Both the position numbers and the translations under genes were made by a program. 64,000 bases of DNA, taken from NCBI RefSeq assembly GCF_014384805.1, contig NZ_JACRSS010000001.1:817037-881036 (forward strand). Reading direction: 5' to 3'. The notes below the pieces were generated by a model. It saw nothing but the letters and a program-made list of their open reading frames with translations, did no database searches and was not told the origin of the DNA. Within the stretch, counting starts at the first letter, position 1, and each line of letters opens with the position of its first letter. Below, one piece after another: positions 42,544-52,166 of the stretch. The stretch comes from Guopingia tenuis. Its GTDB lineage: Bacteria; Bacillota; Clostridia; Christensenellales; Christensenellaceae.

Positions 42544-42861
42544 TCAGAGCACGCTTCCGTTGTATTTTTTCTGCGTTTTCCGCATCCAGCCTATGCTCCA
42601 TATAAAACAGCCCGCGCCGCAGATCCATCCCCATCCGCTCCGGGTAAAGAAGTTTGCCAGCCCCGCGGCCTGAAGCCCGCCTCCCAAAAGGCACAAGGCT
42701 TTCCCTATAGCCGCGCTGTAGGCCGGCACATCCTCCGGAGATACATGGCGGCGGTGGTAATCATGCAGGACCGATATTTTTTGTTTTTTCCAAACCAGCC
42801 ATCCCGTCCATTCCAAAACAGCCCCTATCAGCATAAACAGGGCCAGGGAAAGCCATCTCAT
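42544..42861 (-). CDS. Small membrane protein, 105 aa, translationally coupled to mtnN
   Basis: Two to three TM helices. Its start overlaps the mtnN stop (ATGA). Confidence 0.45.
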   Translation of the reverse strand: MRWLSLALFMLIGAVLEWTGWLVWKKQKISVLHDYHRRHVSPEDVPAYSAAIGKALCLLGGGLQAAGLANFFTRSGWGWICGAGCFIWSIGWMRKTQKKYNGSVL

Positions 42862-43592
42862 ATTCTTCCATACTCCGCAAGAACCGCCATCACAAACCGT
42901 GCACATATATCGGCGGTCTCCGGTGCATAGGCGCCGTCTTTGCGCTCGTTGTTGGATATTGCCCGCACTGACAGCACGGGAATTTTATACCCAGCCGCCA
43001 CCTGGCAGACCGCCGCCCCTTCCATTTCCTCCGCCATCGTGCCATAGGCCGCATGGGAAAAGGCAATTCGGTCATATTCCCGGTTCCACATATCCGCGCT
43101 GCTGATGCAGCCCTCAACCACCCGGAAACTTCCGCTTGCCGCCGCCTTTCGCGCCGCGGCAATCAACCCCGGATCGGATAAAAACGTATTGTCCCGGGTC
43201 ATCTCGCCCCGAATCTCCAGCGGAAGCGGCTTCCAGCCCTCCCATCGGCTCCCCTGTCCCCGGTCCAGCTTCTCGGATTGAAAGGACGCCCCGTTCATGA
43301 CCCGCGTCCCCAAAACAATATCGCCGATCTCCAGATCCAGGCCATGGGCTCCCGCAATTCCCTGATTGATGATTGCCCCGGGAGAAAAATGCCGGATGCC
43401 CAGAACCGTGCTCACCGCAGCATTTACCATCCCGATAAACGTCCTCGCCACCACTACCGGCCTTCCGCACAGCTCTCCCGACCAGAAATGCCAGCCGTCA
43501 ATCACGGTTTCTTCCGGCTCTTTCATATGCTTCAGAAAGCAGGCGCATTCTTCTTCCATCGCGCCCTGCAACAAAACTGTTTTTTCACGCAT
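42858..43592 (-). CDS. mtnN: 5-methylthioadenosine/S-adenosylhomocysteine nucleosidase, 244 aa
   Basis: PNP_UDP_1 family. MAEEMEGAAVCQVA matches the Pfs catalytic region. Confidence 0.8.
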   Translation of the reverse strand: MREKTVLLQGAMEEECACFLKHMKEPEETVIDGWHFWSGELCGRPVVVARTFIGMVNAAVSTVLGIRHFSPGAIINQGIAGAHGLDLEIGDIVLGTRVMNGASFQSEKLDRGQGSRWEGWKPLPLEIRGEMTRDNTFLSDPGLIAAARKAAASGSFRVVEGCISSADMWNREYDRIAFSHAAYGTMAEEMEGAAVCQVAAGYKIPVLSVRAISNNERKDGAYAPETADICARFVMAVLAEYGRI

Positions 43593-43651
43593 TGCAAATA
43601 CCCTCCGCCTTCATCATACCGTGTCCGGCCCCCGCTTGCAACTGTCCCCAT

Positions 43652-43682
43652 AAAAAAAGGAGGCACAAGCCTCCCTTTTTTA
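43652..43682. terminator. Bidirectional terminator at the left edge of the phage-like cluster
   Basis: AAAAAAAGGAGGC-acaa-GCCTCCTTTTTT. Confidence 0.55.
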
Positions 43683-44363
43683 TACTTTCCTTTGTTTTTT
43701 TGCCTTGTTATATTCAAAGCTGGTGGTTCCTATGCTCACACCCAATGCCTGCGCTGCCGCCCGTGTCATCACTTTGCCAAACAGCTTCAATTCATTGAGA
43801 GCGTTGTTATACGCATCCTGCTGCCGGGTCTGGTTCATCTTCTGGGCAAACTCTTCCGCCGCCTGCTGGGCTTTCCAGGCATTCAGCTCATAATTCGCCT
43901 GGTCTTTTTTCGCTTCAGCCTCCGCCTTGGCCTGTTCCACTTTAGCCTGTGCCGTATAGTTGGCAATATTTTGCTGCCGCTGCAAATCTGCCTGCATAAC
44001 GCCGGCATCCTGCTCCTGTTCCGCTGCGGCCTGGTCTCGATATGCCGCGTTGATATCATTCTGGAGCGCGATATCCCCCCGGATTCTTGCCGTCTCGCTT
44101 ACGCCGCTTCGGGCATCGTCATAGGCGTTTCCTGCCAATCCCTTTGCCGCCAGTTCTTCGTTTTTTCCCAACGCTCTTATGCGGGCAGAAGCGTTTGTCT
44201 TGGCCCGGAGAGTATCGTAATCCTGCTTGATCCTCTTCTTTTCTGCTTCCGCCGCCTTTACGGCCTGTTCATATATCTTTCCCTCCGCAGCTGTATAATT
44301 TTGAATCGCTTCATTATACAGCTTGCTGCTGTCATATGCTTGATATTTTGGAATCTGCGCCAT
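43680..44363 (-). CDS. Phage-associated coiled-coil protein (Ala/Gln/Lys-rich), 227 aa
   Basis: RBS GGGAGGG. Long heptad-rich sequence. Last gene of the minus-strand phage-like cluster. Confidence 0.45.
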   Translation of the reverse strand: MAQIPKYQAYDSSKLYNEAIQNYTAAEGKIYEQAVKAAEAEKKRIKQDYDTLRAKTNASARIRALGKNEELAAKGLAGNAYDDARSGVSETARIRGDIALQNDINAAYRDQAAAEQEQDAGVMQADLQRQQNIANYTAQAKVEQAKAEAEAKKDQANYELNAWKAQQAAEEFAQKMNQTRQQDAYNNALNELKLFGKVMTRAAAQALGVSIGTTSFEYNKAKKQRKV

Positions 44364-44577
44364 AGTTTCCCTCCCAGGTATCAATGCGGTGGGTATTGCT
44401 CTTGGCCCGATCCTCCACCGCCTGCATCCGCTCCACAAGGTTGTTGTGCTTCTCCACCTTTTTTTCCAGCTGCTGCAAGCGGAAATTGGTCAATCGGGCG
44501 GACGCCAGGATCCCGCCCAGCGATCCCATCATAGACCCTACCAGCGCCAGCAGCGCCGCGAATACTTCGTTGCTCAT
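44332..44577 (-). CDS. Small phage membrane/coiled-coil protein, possibly XhlA-like and lysis-associated, 81 aa
   Basis: AAGGAG RBS. N-terminal TM (VFAALLALVGSMMGSLGGIL) then a coiled coil. Adjacent to the holin. Confidence 0.4.
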   Translation of the reverse strand: MSNEVFAALLALVGSMMGSLGGILASARLTNFRLQQLEKKVEKHNNLVERMQAVEDRAKSNTHRIDTWEGNYGADSKISSI

Positions 44578-44581
44578 CCCC

Positions 44582-44848
44582 TTACTCCTTCGGCTTTTCA
44601 TAGGTCAATGCCTGGGCACTGTCCTTGATTCCTTTCGTAGTCGGGTCAATCAGCGCGTTATACAGGCTCACCAGCACCAATCCCACCACATAGGGATTGG
44701 ATACTGCCTCCAGCAATACCCGCCCCAATGCAGCCCAGGTCGTGATATCCGCCGCTGTTAAGCCAAAATATGCCAGAATGGGCGCCCCAATGCTGATAAG
44801 CACGGATACCCAAAAGCTCCAGTTCTTCATTCGCACTTTTAAATTCAT
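44582..44848 (-). CDS. Phage holin, 88 aa
   Basis: AGGAGG RBS. Two TM helices with a charged C-terminus (WSFWVSVLISIGAPILAYFGL...VVGLVLVSLYNALIDPTTKG). Sits immediately downstream of the endolysin. Confidence 0.7.
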   Translation of the reverse strand: MNLKVRMKNWSFWVSVLISIGAPILAYFGLTAADITTWAALGRVLLEAVSNPYVVGLVLVSLYNALIDPTTKGIKDSAQALTYEKPKE

Positions 44849-44863
44849 TCCTCTTTCCTCCTT

Positions 44864-46099
44864 TTACCCTTCCCACTTGCCGCCCAGTTTTGTGACGGTA
44901 TTCTTCCCGGCCTTGCCGTCCACGGCCAGCCCTGCCGCCTTCTGGAAGCTCTTAACCGCGCTCTCGGTGTTCTTCCCAAACTCGCCGTCCGCTCCCGTGC
45001 CGCCGCAGGAATACCCCTTAGCGATCAGCGCAGTCTGCACGTTTTTCACATCCGCCCCCTTCATTAAAGGGCTGGTTTTCTTGAGAATCCGGCTTACTGT
45101 CCATGTTGTCTCGGCGGCTTTCCATTCGCCACCCAGGGCCTGGGTTGTCTTTTCCCCCACAATCCCGTCCGCCGTCAGTCCCGCGGCCTTCTGGAATGCC
45201 TCCACGGCCTTTTGGGTATTGCTTCCGAACTCGCCGTCTGCCCCGGTACTCCCGCAGGAATAACCTTTCGCAATCAGCGCAGCCTGCACATCTTTCACGT
45301 CCTCTCCCGTCATGAGGGGACTGGTCTTTTTCAGCAAACGCCCTACGGTGAAGGAGGTAGAAATGCCGCCGGTTACCTTCGTCAGGTCGCTCCGGCTGCT
45401 GATATATCCGTCCTTCCCGTCATAGTCGATCTTGTACCAGCCCGATGCGCTCACGCCCTCCAAAAGAAAGCTGTCCCCTTTGTGGGCCACGCCCAATATC
45501 GCCGCTGCCGTGTTGTCCCCGGCCCGCACGTTCACCGAACCCCCCAGGACCTCCACCATGCCATCCTCCGGGGAAGCTCCTTCAATCTCCTCCCGGAAAA
45601 GCTCCGGCCGCCCATAGGCGTTCCAATAGCCGCTCCCGCTGGCATTCAGGCTCCGCTTCACCACACCGTCATCCCGCCCCTTGGCTTCGATGACGTTCAG
45701 ACTATTATCCACGATATATCCGATGTGATAGGCTTTTCCCTTATCCTTGCCCGTCTGGTATACCCGGAACACCCAGTCGCCTTTTGTTAGTTCACTCCGG
45801 GACAATACCTGGCACTTGCTCTTCAAGCCGTTGGCCGTCGTGTCCCCCGGAATCCATTTCTTTTGGTTGTAGAGGAAATACGTCCCCAGCCCCGAACAGT
45901 CGAACAGTTTCATTTCCCCATATCCCTGGGATATCCGCTGCTCATAGAGCCGCATCACCCGTTCCCGGTTGTTTTTTTCGCTTTCCCGCCGTTTAATAGC
46001 TTCCGGAGTCGCCGCTTCTCCCTGGCCGCCCCATGCGTATAACGATTTGTTTTCTGTTTCCTTATTCAAATATTCGATAAACTCATTTAGTTTTGTCAT
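44864..46099 (-). CDS. Phage endolysin: NlpC/P60 (CHAP-like) peptidase, an SH3-like region, and two PG_binding_1 domains, 411 aa
   Basis: Catalytic region LFDCSGLGTY...YHIGYIV. Two C-terminal repeats VKDVQAALIAKGYSCG.TGADGEFG.NT..AV..FQKAAGL..DG. AGGAGG RBS. Confidence 0.8.
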   Translation of the reverse strand: MTKLNEFIEYLNKETENKSLYAWGGQGEAATPEAIKRRESEKNNRERVMRLYEQRISQGYGEMKLFDCSGLGTYFLYNQKKWIPGDTTANGLKSKCQVLSRSELTKGDWVFRVYQTGKDKGKAYHIGYIVDNSLNVIEAKGRDDGVVKRSLNASGSGYWNAYGRPELFREEIEGASPEDGMVEVLGGSVNVRAGDNTAAAILGVAHKGDSFLLEGVSASGWYKIDYDGKDGYISSRSDLTKVTGGISTSFTVGRLLKKTSPLMTGEDVKDVQAALIAKGYSCGSTGADGEFGSNTQKAVEAFQKAAGLTADGIVGEKTTQALGGEWKAAETTWTVSRILKKTSPLMKGADVKNVQTALIAKGYSCGGTGADGEFGKNTESAVKSFQKAAGLAVDGKAGKNTVTKLGGKWEG

Positions 46100-46100
46100 T

Positions 46101-46244
46101 TCAATATACCTCCTGCATACATTTCTGTATACTTTCAATATATGTCTTTTCCTCCCATGTGATCCATCCTTTAGTTACGGCATTTTCCAGTTGTGCTTCT
46201 TCGATAGACCCCGCATGATACAATCGGTTCAGCGTCTCAAACAT
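46101..46244 (-). CDS. XkdX-family small phage protein, 47 aa; below the ORF-track size cutoff
   Basis: Reverse-strand ORF MFETLNRLYHAGSIEEAQLENAVTKGWITWEEKTYIESIQKCMQEVY with RBS GGGAGGGTGA. The ...KGWIT.EE... pattern is typical of PBSX XkdX-like proteins and it precedes the lysin as in PBSX. Confidence 0.5.
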   Translation of the reverse strand: MFETLNRLYHAGSIEEAQLENAVTKGWITWEEKTYIESIQKCMQEVY

Positions 46245-46249
46245 CTTTC

Positions 46250-46576
46250 TCACCCTCCCAGTGCGGAAATGACCAGCATGTCCACCGTCTCCCGCAATAT
46301 CTCCAGCTCGCTCCTGCCCGGGGCCGGGGCCGCCGGTTTCTCCGCCTCCGGAATCTCCTCCAGGGCCTCCCCCGTCCAGCGGTAGTTCGCCCGCCCGTAT
46401 TCGTCCCGGATATCCTTTGCCAGATAGTGGCTTTGGGCATGGGCATATCTGTCCCCGTTTCCCTCGTCGATCAGCACGGCTCCCGCTCCCGGCTGCTCAA
46501 AGGCGTCCGAAAAGATCCGTGTCACCTCTCCCGCCGGGTTTGCTTCGATATATACTTTCCTTTTCTTCTCTTCCAT
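46250..46576 (-). CDS. Phage hypothetical protein in the XkdW position, 108 aa
   Basis: GGAGGTG RBS. Sits between the tail-fibre-like gene and the XkdX-like gene. Confidence 0.45.
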   Translation of the reverse strand: MEEKKRKVYIEANPAGEVTRIFSDAFEQPGAGAVLIDEGNGDRYAHAQSHYLAKDIRDEYGRANYRWTGEALEEIPEAEKPAAPAPGRSELEILRETVDMLVISALGG

Positions 46577-46577
46577 A

Positions 46578-47762
46578 TCACAAATACACCTCCGCATCCA
46601 GTGTGATCCCTGCCGGAATTTGCACCACGCACGGCCGGTTGGCCGTCACCCCCGGCGCCGTCGTCGTCAAATACAGCGCATCGCCCGACGACTGCGACGC
46701 CGATATCCCCAGCGTCTGCTCATAGATCACATCGCTGTCCACCGGCCGCACCGTTATGTCGTTCACATTCCCGCCGATGGTCGGCACGATCCGCATGGGT
46801 ACCGGCGGCATGTAGGTGAAGCTCGCTCCGCCCACCGTAATATATCCTGGGCAGAACACTGTCCCCGTTTTCTGGTAATACCGCATGCACGCCAGCAATT
46901 CTTCTCCATAACTGCGCGGCACGAACGGCGTCGCCTCTTCCCCTATCTCCAGTTTTGCCCAGCATACCGTCTGCCCGGCCGTAAATCCTCCCAGGCTCAC
47001 CATGGCGCCCGTCACTTCCACCGGACGTGTGATATATTTCATACTCCCGTCACTGTTCTTAACCCCTATTGACAGCGTCAGCTGTTTCCCCTGCAGCAAA
47101 GCAGCGTCCTGGGGTTCCAGCATATATGCTGCCGACACGGTGGCTCCCGAAACCAGCATCCCGTCCTCTGTCCGTGATACCGTCGCGCTTTCTGCTTCTC
47201 CTGCCAGTTTCACGCAGTACCATCGATCCGCCGTATATATCCGGCTCGTTCCCACCGTGAAGCTCTCCCCTCTCTGCCATACCGTGAACCCCCCGTTGAT
47301 TAGGAGGTTGGCTCCATCCAGTGCATCCAGCTTTCTCTTGTCAGCGCTGCTCATGACGCCGTTTCCCTCCGCCGTCGCCAGCTGGGTCTTATCCAGCTTG
47401 CCCGCCACGGTATCCTTCAGCTGTCCGGGGGCGTCCGACAGCTTGTCATCCGTGAGCGATCCCGAGGGAATCTGCCCCAGGCTCACGCCGTTCAGCTCTT
47501 CCTTCAAAAACGCCATCTGCCCGGCCACCGTCGCCTCGCTTCCCTCCATGAGCGGCGCGGCCCCGATCTGTCCCGCCGCTTCCTCGCTCAGCAGTGCGTC
47601 GATCAGCCCGTTCATCTTGGGCGTGATCACCTCTTTGGCCGCACTGTCAAATCGCGCCTTCAGCCATTCCGCTCGGCCAACGACCATATTTTCTTCGATG
47701 CTGGAAACATCTTTATCGGCAAAATCCTCTGCCGCTATCTTTTGCTCCAATAAACTACCCAT
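46578..47762 (-). CDS. Phage tail-fibre or receptor-binding-like protein, 394 aa
   Basis: Position equivalent to XkdV. Gly/Thr/Ser-rich beta-type sequence. The family is not identified. Confidence 0.45.
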   Translation of the reverse strand: MGSLLEQKIAAEDFADKDVSSIEENMVVGRAEWLKARFDSAAKEVITPKMNGLIDALLSEEAAGQIGAAPLMEGSEATVAGQMAFLKEELNGVSLGQIPSGSLTDDKLSDAPGQLKDTVAGKLDKTQLATAEGNGVMSSADKRKLDALDGANLLINGGFTVWQRGESFTVGTSRIYTADRWYCVKLAGEAESATVSRTEDGMLVSGATVSAAYMLEPQDAALLQGKQLTLSIGVKNSDGSMKYITRPVEVTGAMVSLGGFTAGQTVCWAKLEIGEEATPFVPRSYGEELLACMRYYQKTGTVFCPGYITVGGASFTYMPPVPMRIVPTIGGNVNDITVRPVDSDVIYEQTLGISASQSSGDALYLTTTAPGVTANRPCVVQIPAGITLDAEVYL

Positions 47763-49551
47763 CTTTCCTCCTCGTCATATTCCCCATGGAAAAAGTCACC
47801 ATCATTGCCAAAACGCCAAAGCCTTCTCCCGCCACACAGTTGCGCACACCCATCTGGAACTGCAAAACCTTCCGGAATTTCTTAGGTGAAATCTGCACCC
47901 GGGGATTATCCTGCATGGTAAAGCTGAAACGATTGAAGTCGACATCGTCAAAATCCATCAGATCCATGGTATACTTCCGGGTCACCTGCATCAGCGATTT
48001 TTCCGTGGAAAAGAAAATTTCTCCCGAGCTTCGGGCATAAGGCTTGGTCAAAATTCCCGTTCCCCGCCGGGATATGTTCTTCTCCTGCATAAAGTTGCCG
48101 CCGTCTAAAAGCGGTGTCGTCCAAATGGCGTCAATGGCTCGTCCATCGTCCGCATATTCTCCGGAAAACACCATCACTTTCCCGTCGTCTGTCCCAAAAT
48201 ACAGCTTGCCATCGTGTTCGCGCAATACCCGCGCCGGGATGTCGGTCCAGTAATACCACTCATATCCCCTGCCGCCCATGGGGTTTTCATTGGTCTGGCT
48301 GCCGTTGGCCACATACGCATGCCCGTTGACGCATGCCACATAAAACTGCCCCCAAACCGCTCCCACCGCTTCGCCCAGGGAACTCTCCCGGGTAAGCCGC
48401 GGGTTGATAAAAAAGCTGCGCAGCTGCACGCTTCTCTGCTGGGTCACGGCATTGGTATCCAATCCATAGACGCCGCCCGGTGACAGGAAAACCGGATCTC
48501 CCGCCAGCGTCCCAAAAGCATAGGGAGAAACCGCTCCCATCCCGGCTATCCCTTCCTTTACCGGGAAAATCGCCTCACTGTTTTCCGTTAGCTCCGCGTT
48601 TCGGATAAACAGCCCTGTTTCATCGTCCGCCTGCTCCTTGACCACAATCATGCTGTCATACTGCTTTAAATACCCCATGATAGCCGTGTTTTCACTCCCC
48701 AGCCGCGTATATCCCGTGTCCGGGAAGTATGTCGGGTCATATAACCCGCTCTGCCAGTCCGTGTTGGGATATTCCGGATTCCCCGTGAGGAATACCCGGC
48801 TGTCGCTGCCCAGGCCGAAGCTCCCGGCAATTGTGCATTTACAGATCCGCTCCCGATATCCCGTCACTGTCTTGGAAAAGCGGATGGTAACGCTGTCCAG
48901 CCCTTCGCTGTCTGCCGGCGCCTGGGTAAAAATCACTTTCCCGGCTTCCCGGTCCACCGTATAGTCCTCTCCTTCGCTTTTTTCCTCTCCGTCTACCCAA
49001 ACGGTCACCTCCGCCGTATCAATCCCCATGCTGTCCAGCAGAAATTCCGTAGCCGTCCCATCGGAAACAAAGCTGTTGATCCGCTTCGGCTGGAGCAGGT
49101 TCACTGCCTCAAAGAGCGTCCCTCCGCCCGAGGGTTCCCGGCCGATTACCGTTGTCGGGATAAATCCGTCCACTTCCTTTGCCTGAACTCCGTCGTATAC
49201 CAGATAATGGCTCCCGTCCAGAATATAGAGCTTGTCCTCCCAGTGAAAAAAGGCGGACCGCCGCTCTGCCATATCCGAATACAGAATCGTTTTTTCCGGG
49301 CCATAGAGCTTTGTTCCCGCATGCACCAACATGTTTCCTTGAAAAAAGCCCATGCCGTGCACTGGCCCGGGATAACTTTGCAGGCAGGTATATCCCGGCC
49401 GTTTTTCGGGATATCCCGCCTTGTCCGCCACCATATTTGGGGCCCATGGGCTCCGGCGGGTATCTACTTCGGTTTCCGCGTTGGCAAAATCCACTCCCAG
49501 AAACCGGTCGATGGTAATCCGTTTTTGCCGAACCGGCGCTGTCTTAGCCAT
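47755..49551 (-). CDS. Phage structural protein, putative tail/adaptor, 598 aa
   Basis: GAGGTG RBS. Follows the connector gene directly with an 8-nt overlap. Beta-rich, no recognisable motif. Confidence 0.45.
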   Translation of the reverse strand: MAKTAPVRQKRITIDRFLGVDFANAETEVDTRRSPWAPNMVADKAGYPEKRPGYTCLQSYPGPVHGMGFFQGNMLVHAGTKLYGPEKTILYSDMAERRSAFFHWEDKLYILDGSHYLVYDGVQAKEVDGFIPTTVIGREPSGGGTLFEAVNLLQPKRINSFVSDGTATEFLLDSMGIDTAEVTVWVDGEEKSEGEDYTVDREAGKVIFTQAPADSEGLDSVTIRFSKTVTGYRERICKCTIAGSFGLGSDSRVFLTGNPEYPNTDWQSGLYDPTYFPDTGYTRLGSENTAIMGYLKQYDSMIVVKEQADDETGLFIRNAELTENSEAIFPVKEGIAGMGAVSPYAFGTLAGDPVFLSPGGVYGLDTNAVTQQRSVQLRSFFINPRLTRESSLGEAVGAVWGQFYVACVNGHAYVANGSQTNENPMGGRGYEWYYWTDIPARVLREHDGKLYFGTDDGKVMVFSGEYADDGRAIDAIWTTPLLDGGNFMQEKNISRRGTGILTKPYARSSGEIFFSTEKSLMQVTRKYTMDLMDFDDVDFNRFSFTMQDNPRVQISPKKFRKVLQFQMGVRNCVAGEGFGVLAMMVTFSMGNMTRRKDG

Positions 49552-49912
49552 CCTGCACCTCATCCCATTCCGTCATGGCGAGTTCCTCCAATCCCATAAG
49601 ATACCGCTCCCGGTACACATTGGAAATTCCCGTCTCGTCGTCCTCCACAAATAAATCTCCTGCGATTCCATAGGCCAGCAGACTCCCTGTCAGCTCTTTT
49701 TCATAGGGCACATCCTCCGTCATCCGTGAGATCACGGGAATTTCCTCCAGCGCCCCCTGTCCGTGCTTCGCCCGGATGGCATTGTTTTGCTGAAAAGTAT
49801 CCGCCAGCTTTAAATTGAGCTGGCAGAGAAACCCGTTGGAAAACTCCTCCATCTCGGTCTTTCCGGAAAACATCAGGCCCAATACCTGTGAAAAAATCTG
49901 TTCCGCCGTCAT
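49544..49912 (-). CDS. Putative head-tail connector (gp6-like), 122 aa
   Basis: Small acidic protein immediately after the major capsid gene. Confidence 0.45.
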   Translation of the reverse strand: MTAEQIFSQVLGLMFSGKTEMEEFSNGFLCQLNLKLADTFQQNNAIRAKHGQGALEEIPVISRMTEDVPYEKELTGSLLAYGIAGDLFVEDDETGISNVYRERYLMGLEELAMTEWDEVQDG

Positions 49913-49970
49913 TTGTCTCCCCCTTTCTGAAAAAGGGCAGCCGTTTTTTCGCGGCCGCCCCTCCCTTTTT

Positions 49971-51047
49971 TTACGCTACGGTGATTTCCTTTTCTGCAAC
50001 ATCCGAGGTAAAGGGGGTGTCAGTGCCGCCATAGGCCACAGCTCTCACGGTGTATTTCCCGGCTTCCCATTCCGTCGTGGAAACAGCGCCGGTATATGCC
50101 TTTGCCTTGTCGTCATATCGCGGATCTGCGCCGTTAGTGGTGTAGATAATGCGCTCCGCGCCTGCCGAAGTGATGGTCAGGCTCCCTTCTGCAAAGGAAA
50201 TCTCGGGAGCCGCCTGCTTTTTGCTTCCCAGCACCAGCGCCCAAACTCCGTCCGCCTTGGCGCCCAGCACAAACGCGTCATAATATACCCGGCCTTCCAC
50301 CAGCCATCCGTCGATGCCCGGCGGGTTGGTGTGGGTTTTGAAGGTGCTGATTTTTTTTGGCAGCAGGACGCTGTCCTTTCTGGCCAGGAAGCCATAGGCG
50401 TCCGCCGGCAGATAGCCCGTGGGCAGAACCACAACCTTGGCCCCGGCCAGTTCGCCGATCACGCCCTTGCCCATGGCTTTTTCCGCCAGTTTGTCCGCTT
50501 TCACGAATTCGTCCGCCAGCATAACCGCCTTGAGCATCTCTGCCGTGATATAGAGATATCGCTCCTCATTGGGAACGTATTTGTCCGTCATGGCCTGCAT
50601 GCCGTTTAAAAACGCCTCCACCACCGTGGTTTTTGTGGGCTTTGCCGAAATTCCTTCCACTCGCCCCGCCTCGCGGATCCATTTGTCTGCGGCATATTTT
50701 TCCAGTGTGGGGATAACAATCCCCTTGATCTCCTCGCTCATCCAGCTCGCCGCCGAAATGCTCATCATGGTGTCGTCAAAATTTCCCCGGTCGATGGTCT
50801 GGGTAAACGCCTTGTCCTGGGTCAGCGTCAGTTCCTGCACAACGCTGTTCATCTCCGCCGGCGTTCCATATCGGTTTGCGCCCGCGCGGGTATAGTCCGT
50901 GAGCGGTGTCGTCACTGGGCTGTAAATCCGGATAGACTTCGCCCCGGAAAAGTCAAATTTATCGTTGACCTTTCCTTCAAAAAAGGATGTGGGCTTGAAT
51001 GCCGCCGCAAATTGCTTTTCATATTTTGTCGCTAAATTAACTGCCAT
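49971..51047 (-). CDS. Phage major capsid protein with a C-terminal Ig-like extension, 358 aa
   Basis: Position after the scaffold gene. Size and sequence character typical of major capsid proteins of the SPP1 gp13 type. C-terminal beta-rich tail (TTNGADPRYDDKAKAYTGAV...). Confidence 0.65.
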   Translation of the reverse strand: MAVNLATKYEKQFAAAFKPTSFFEGKVNDKFDFSGAKSIRIYSPVTTPLTDYTRAGANRYGTPAEMNSVVQELTLTQDKAFTQTIDRGNFDDTMMSISAASWMSEEIKGIVIPTLEKYAADKWIREAGRVEGISAKPTKTTVVEAFLNGMQAMTDKYVPNEERYLYITAEMLKAVMLADEFVKADKLAEKAMGKGVIGELAGAKVVVLPTGYLPADAYGFLARKDSVLLPKKISTFKTHTNPPGIDGWLVEGRVYYDAFVLGAKADGVWALVLGSKKQAAPEISFAEGSLTITSAGAERIIYTTNGADPRYDDKAKAYTGAVSTTEWEAGKYTVRAVAYGGTDTPFTSDVAEKEITVA

Positions 51048-51316
51048 CTTTGTTTTTCTCCTCTCTGTCGTTGGGATGGAGTGTGCATCCGCTTTTCCGT
51101 CCCGTTCCTCCGGCCGGAAAATGCCTTGGCTCCATCACTTTTTTTCGCTTTCCCCGCTCGTGCTGCCTGTACCCCGTAATGGGGCATTCGCACGAGGGGG
51201 ATTTCTCTGCGGTCCATTGCCCCCTTTCAGGGGGACTTACATTCCCCAAAAGGCAGTATTCCGTATCTGCCGCCTTTCGGTTTTTGGGCCGCAGGGTGTG
51301 CTTCTGCCTGATTTCT

Positions 51317-52069
51317 CTATCCTCTGAGCGCCTCCATCATGGCTCTCTGGAAGGTATCCAGGCCGTCCCCTTTCGCATCACTCTGCATACGTCCCGGATT
51401 TCTGGCCCCGCCTTTGCCGGAAAGCTCCCGAAGCTGTTCTTTCAGCATGCGGTTTTCAAAAAGCACATAGGCCGCTTCCGGCGCCTCTCCTGCGGCCACC
51501 GCTTCTTTCACCTCTTGGTCTAAGGCGTCAAATCCGCTGATCTCCGGATGCTTCCGGAAAAACTCGGCCCAGAGCTTCAGCCGCTTTTCTTTTTCCAAAT
51601 AGGCTGCCAGCCGCTCCTGCAAGTCCTCAAGCTCGCTTTTTTCCGTCTGTTCCGGCTGTTCCTCCGGCATCTCCCGGGCCGGCGGCTCCTGCTGGTTTTC
51701 CAGGCCCGCCTCCGTCCGCTCTTCTATGAAACCCTCCGCCGGGTCTGGCGCTGGGATTTCTTCATTTTCTGCCTTCTGTTCTCCCCCCATGGCGCTTTCC
51801 TGGATCAGTGCGCGTACCAGCGCTTCCCGCTCCATCCCCATCTTTTTTGCAAAGGTATTCAGCAGCTCCATCTCCGGCGCTTTTTCCAATCTCTCCAGCC
51901 TTTCCAGCATCCGGTCATAATTCATGCCCTTCTGCGCCAAAATCACCGCCTCTTCCATGGGAATCTCCAAAAGCTCGCCGTTATATTTGATCGTCAAAGT
52001 CCCCTGTTCTTCCGGCTTTCCTATCCTCATAGCCTCTATATCCTGCGTCATCTGTCTCTTGTCCGTCAT
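51317..52069 (-). CDS. Phage scaffolding protein, 250 aa
   Basis: Highly acidic, helical and Glu-rich. Lies between the portal and capsid genes. Confidence 0.55.
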   Translation of the reverse strand: MTDKRQMTQDIEAMRIGKPEEQGTLTIKYNGELLEIPMEEAVILAQKGMNYDRMLERLERLEKAPEMELLNTFAKKMGMEREALVRALIQESAMGGEQKAENEEIPAPDPAEGFIEERTEAGLENQQEPPAREMPEEQPEQTEKSELEDLQERLAAYLEKEKRLKLWAEFFRKHPEISGFDALDQEVKEAVAAGEAPEAAYVLFENRMLKEQLRELSGKGGARNPGRMQSDAKGDGLDTFQRAMMEALRG

Positions 52070-52166
52070 TTTCCCTCATCCTTCCTGTTCCGATTTGGAA
52101 ATCCATCGTTCCTCCCGGTGGCTGCATTCCTTTTTGGGGCATAAAAGCATTGCCTTTTCCCGCAGC

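Noticed and set aside
52070-52166. 24-aa ORF between the portal and scaffold genes
   Set aside because: Too short and has no RBS; it is probably non-coding spacer.
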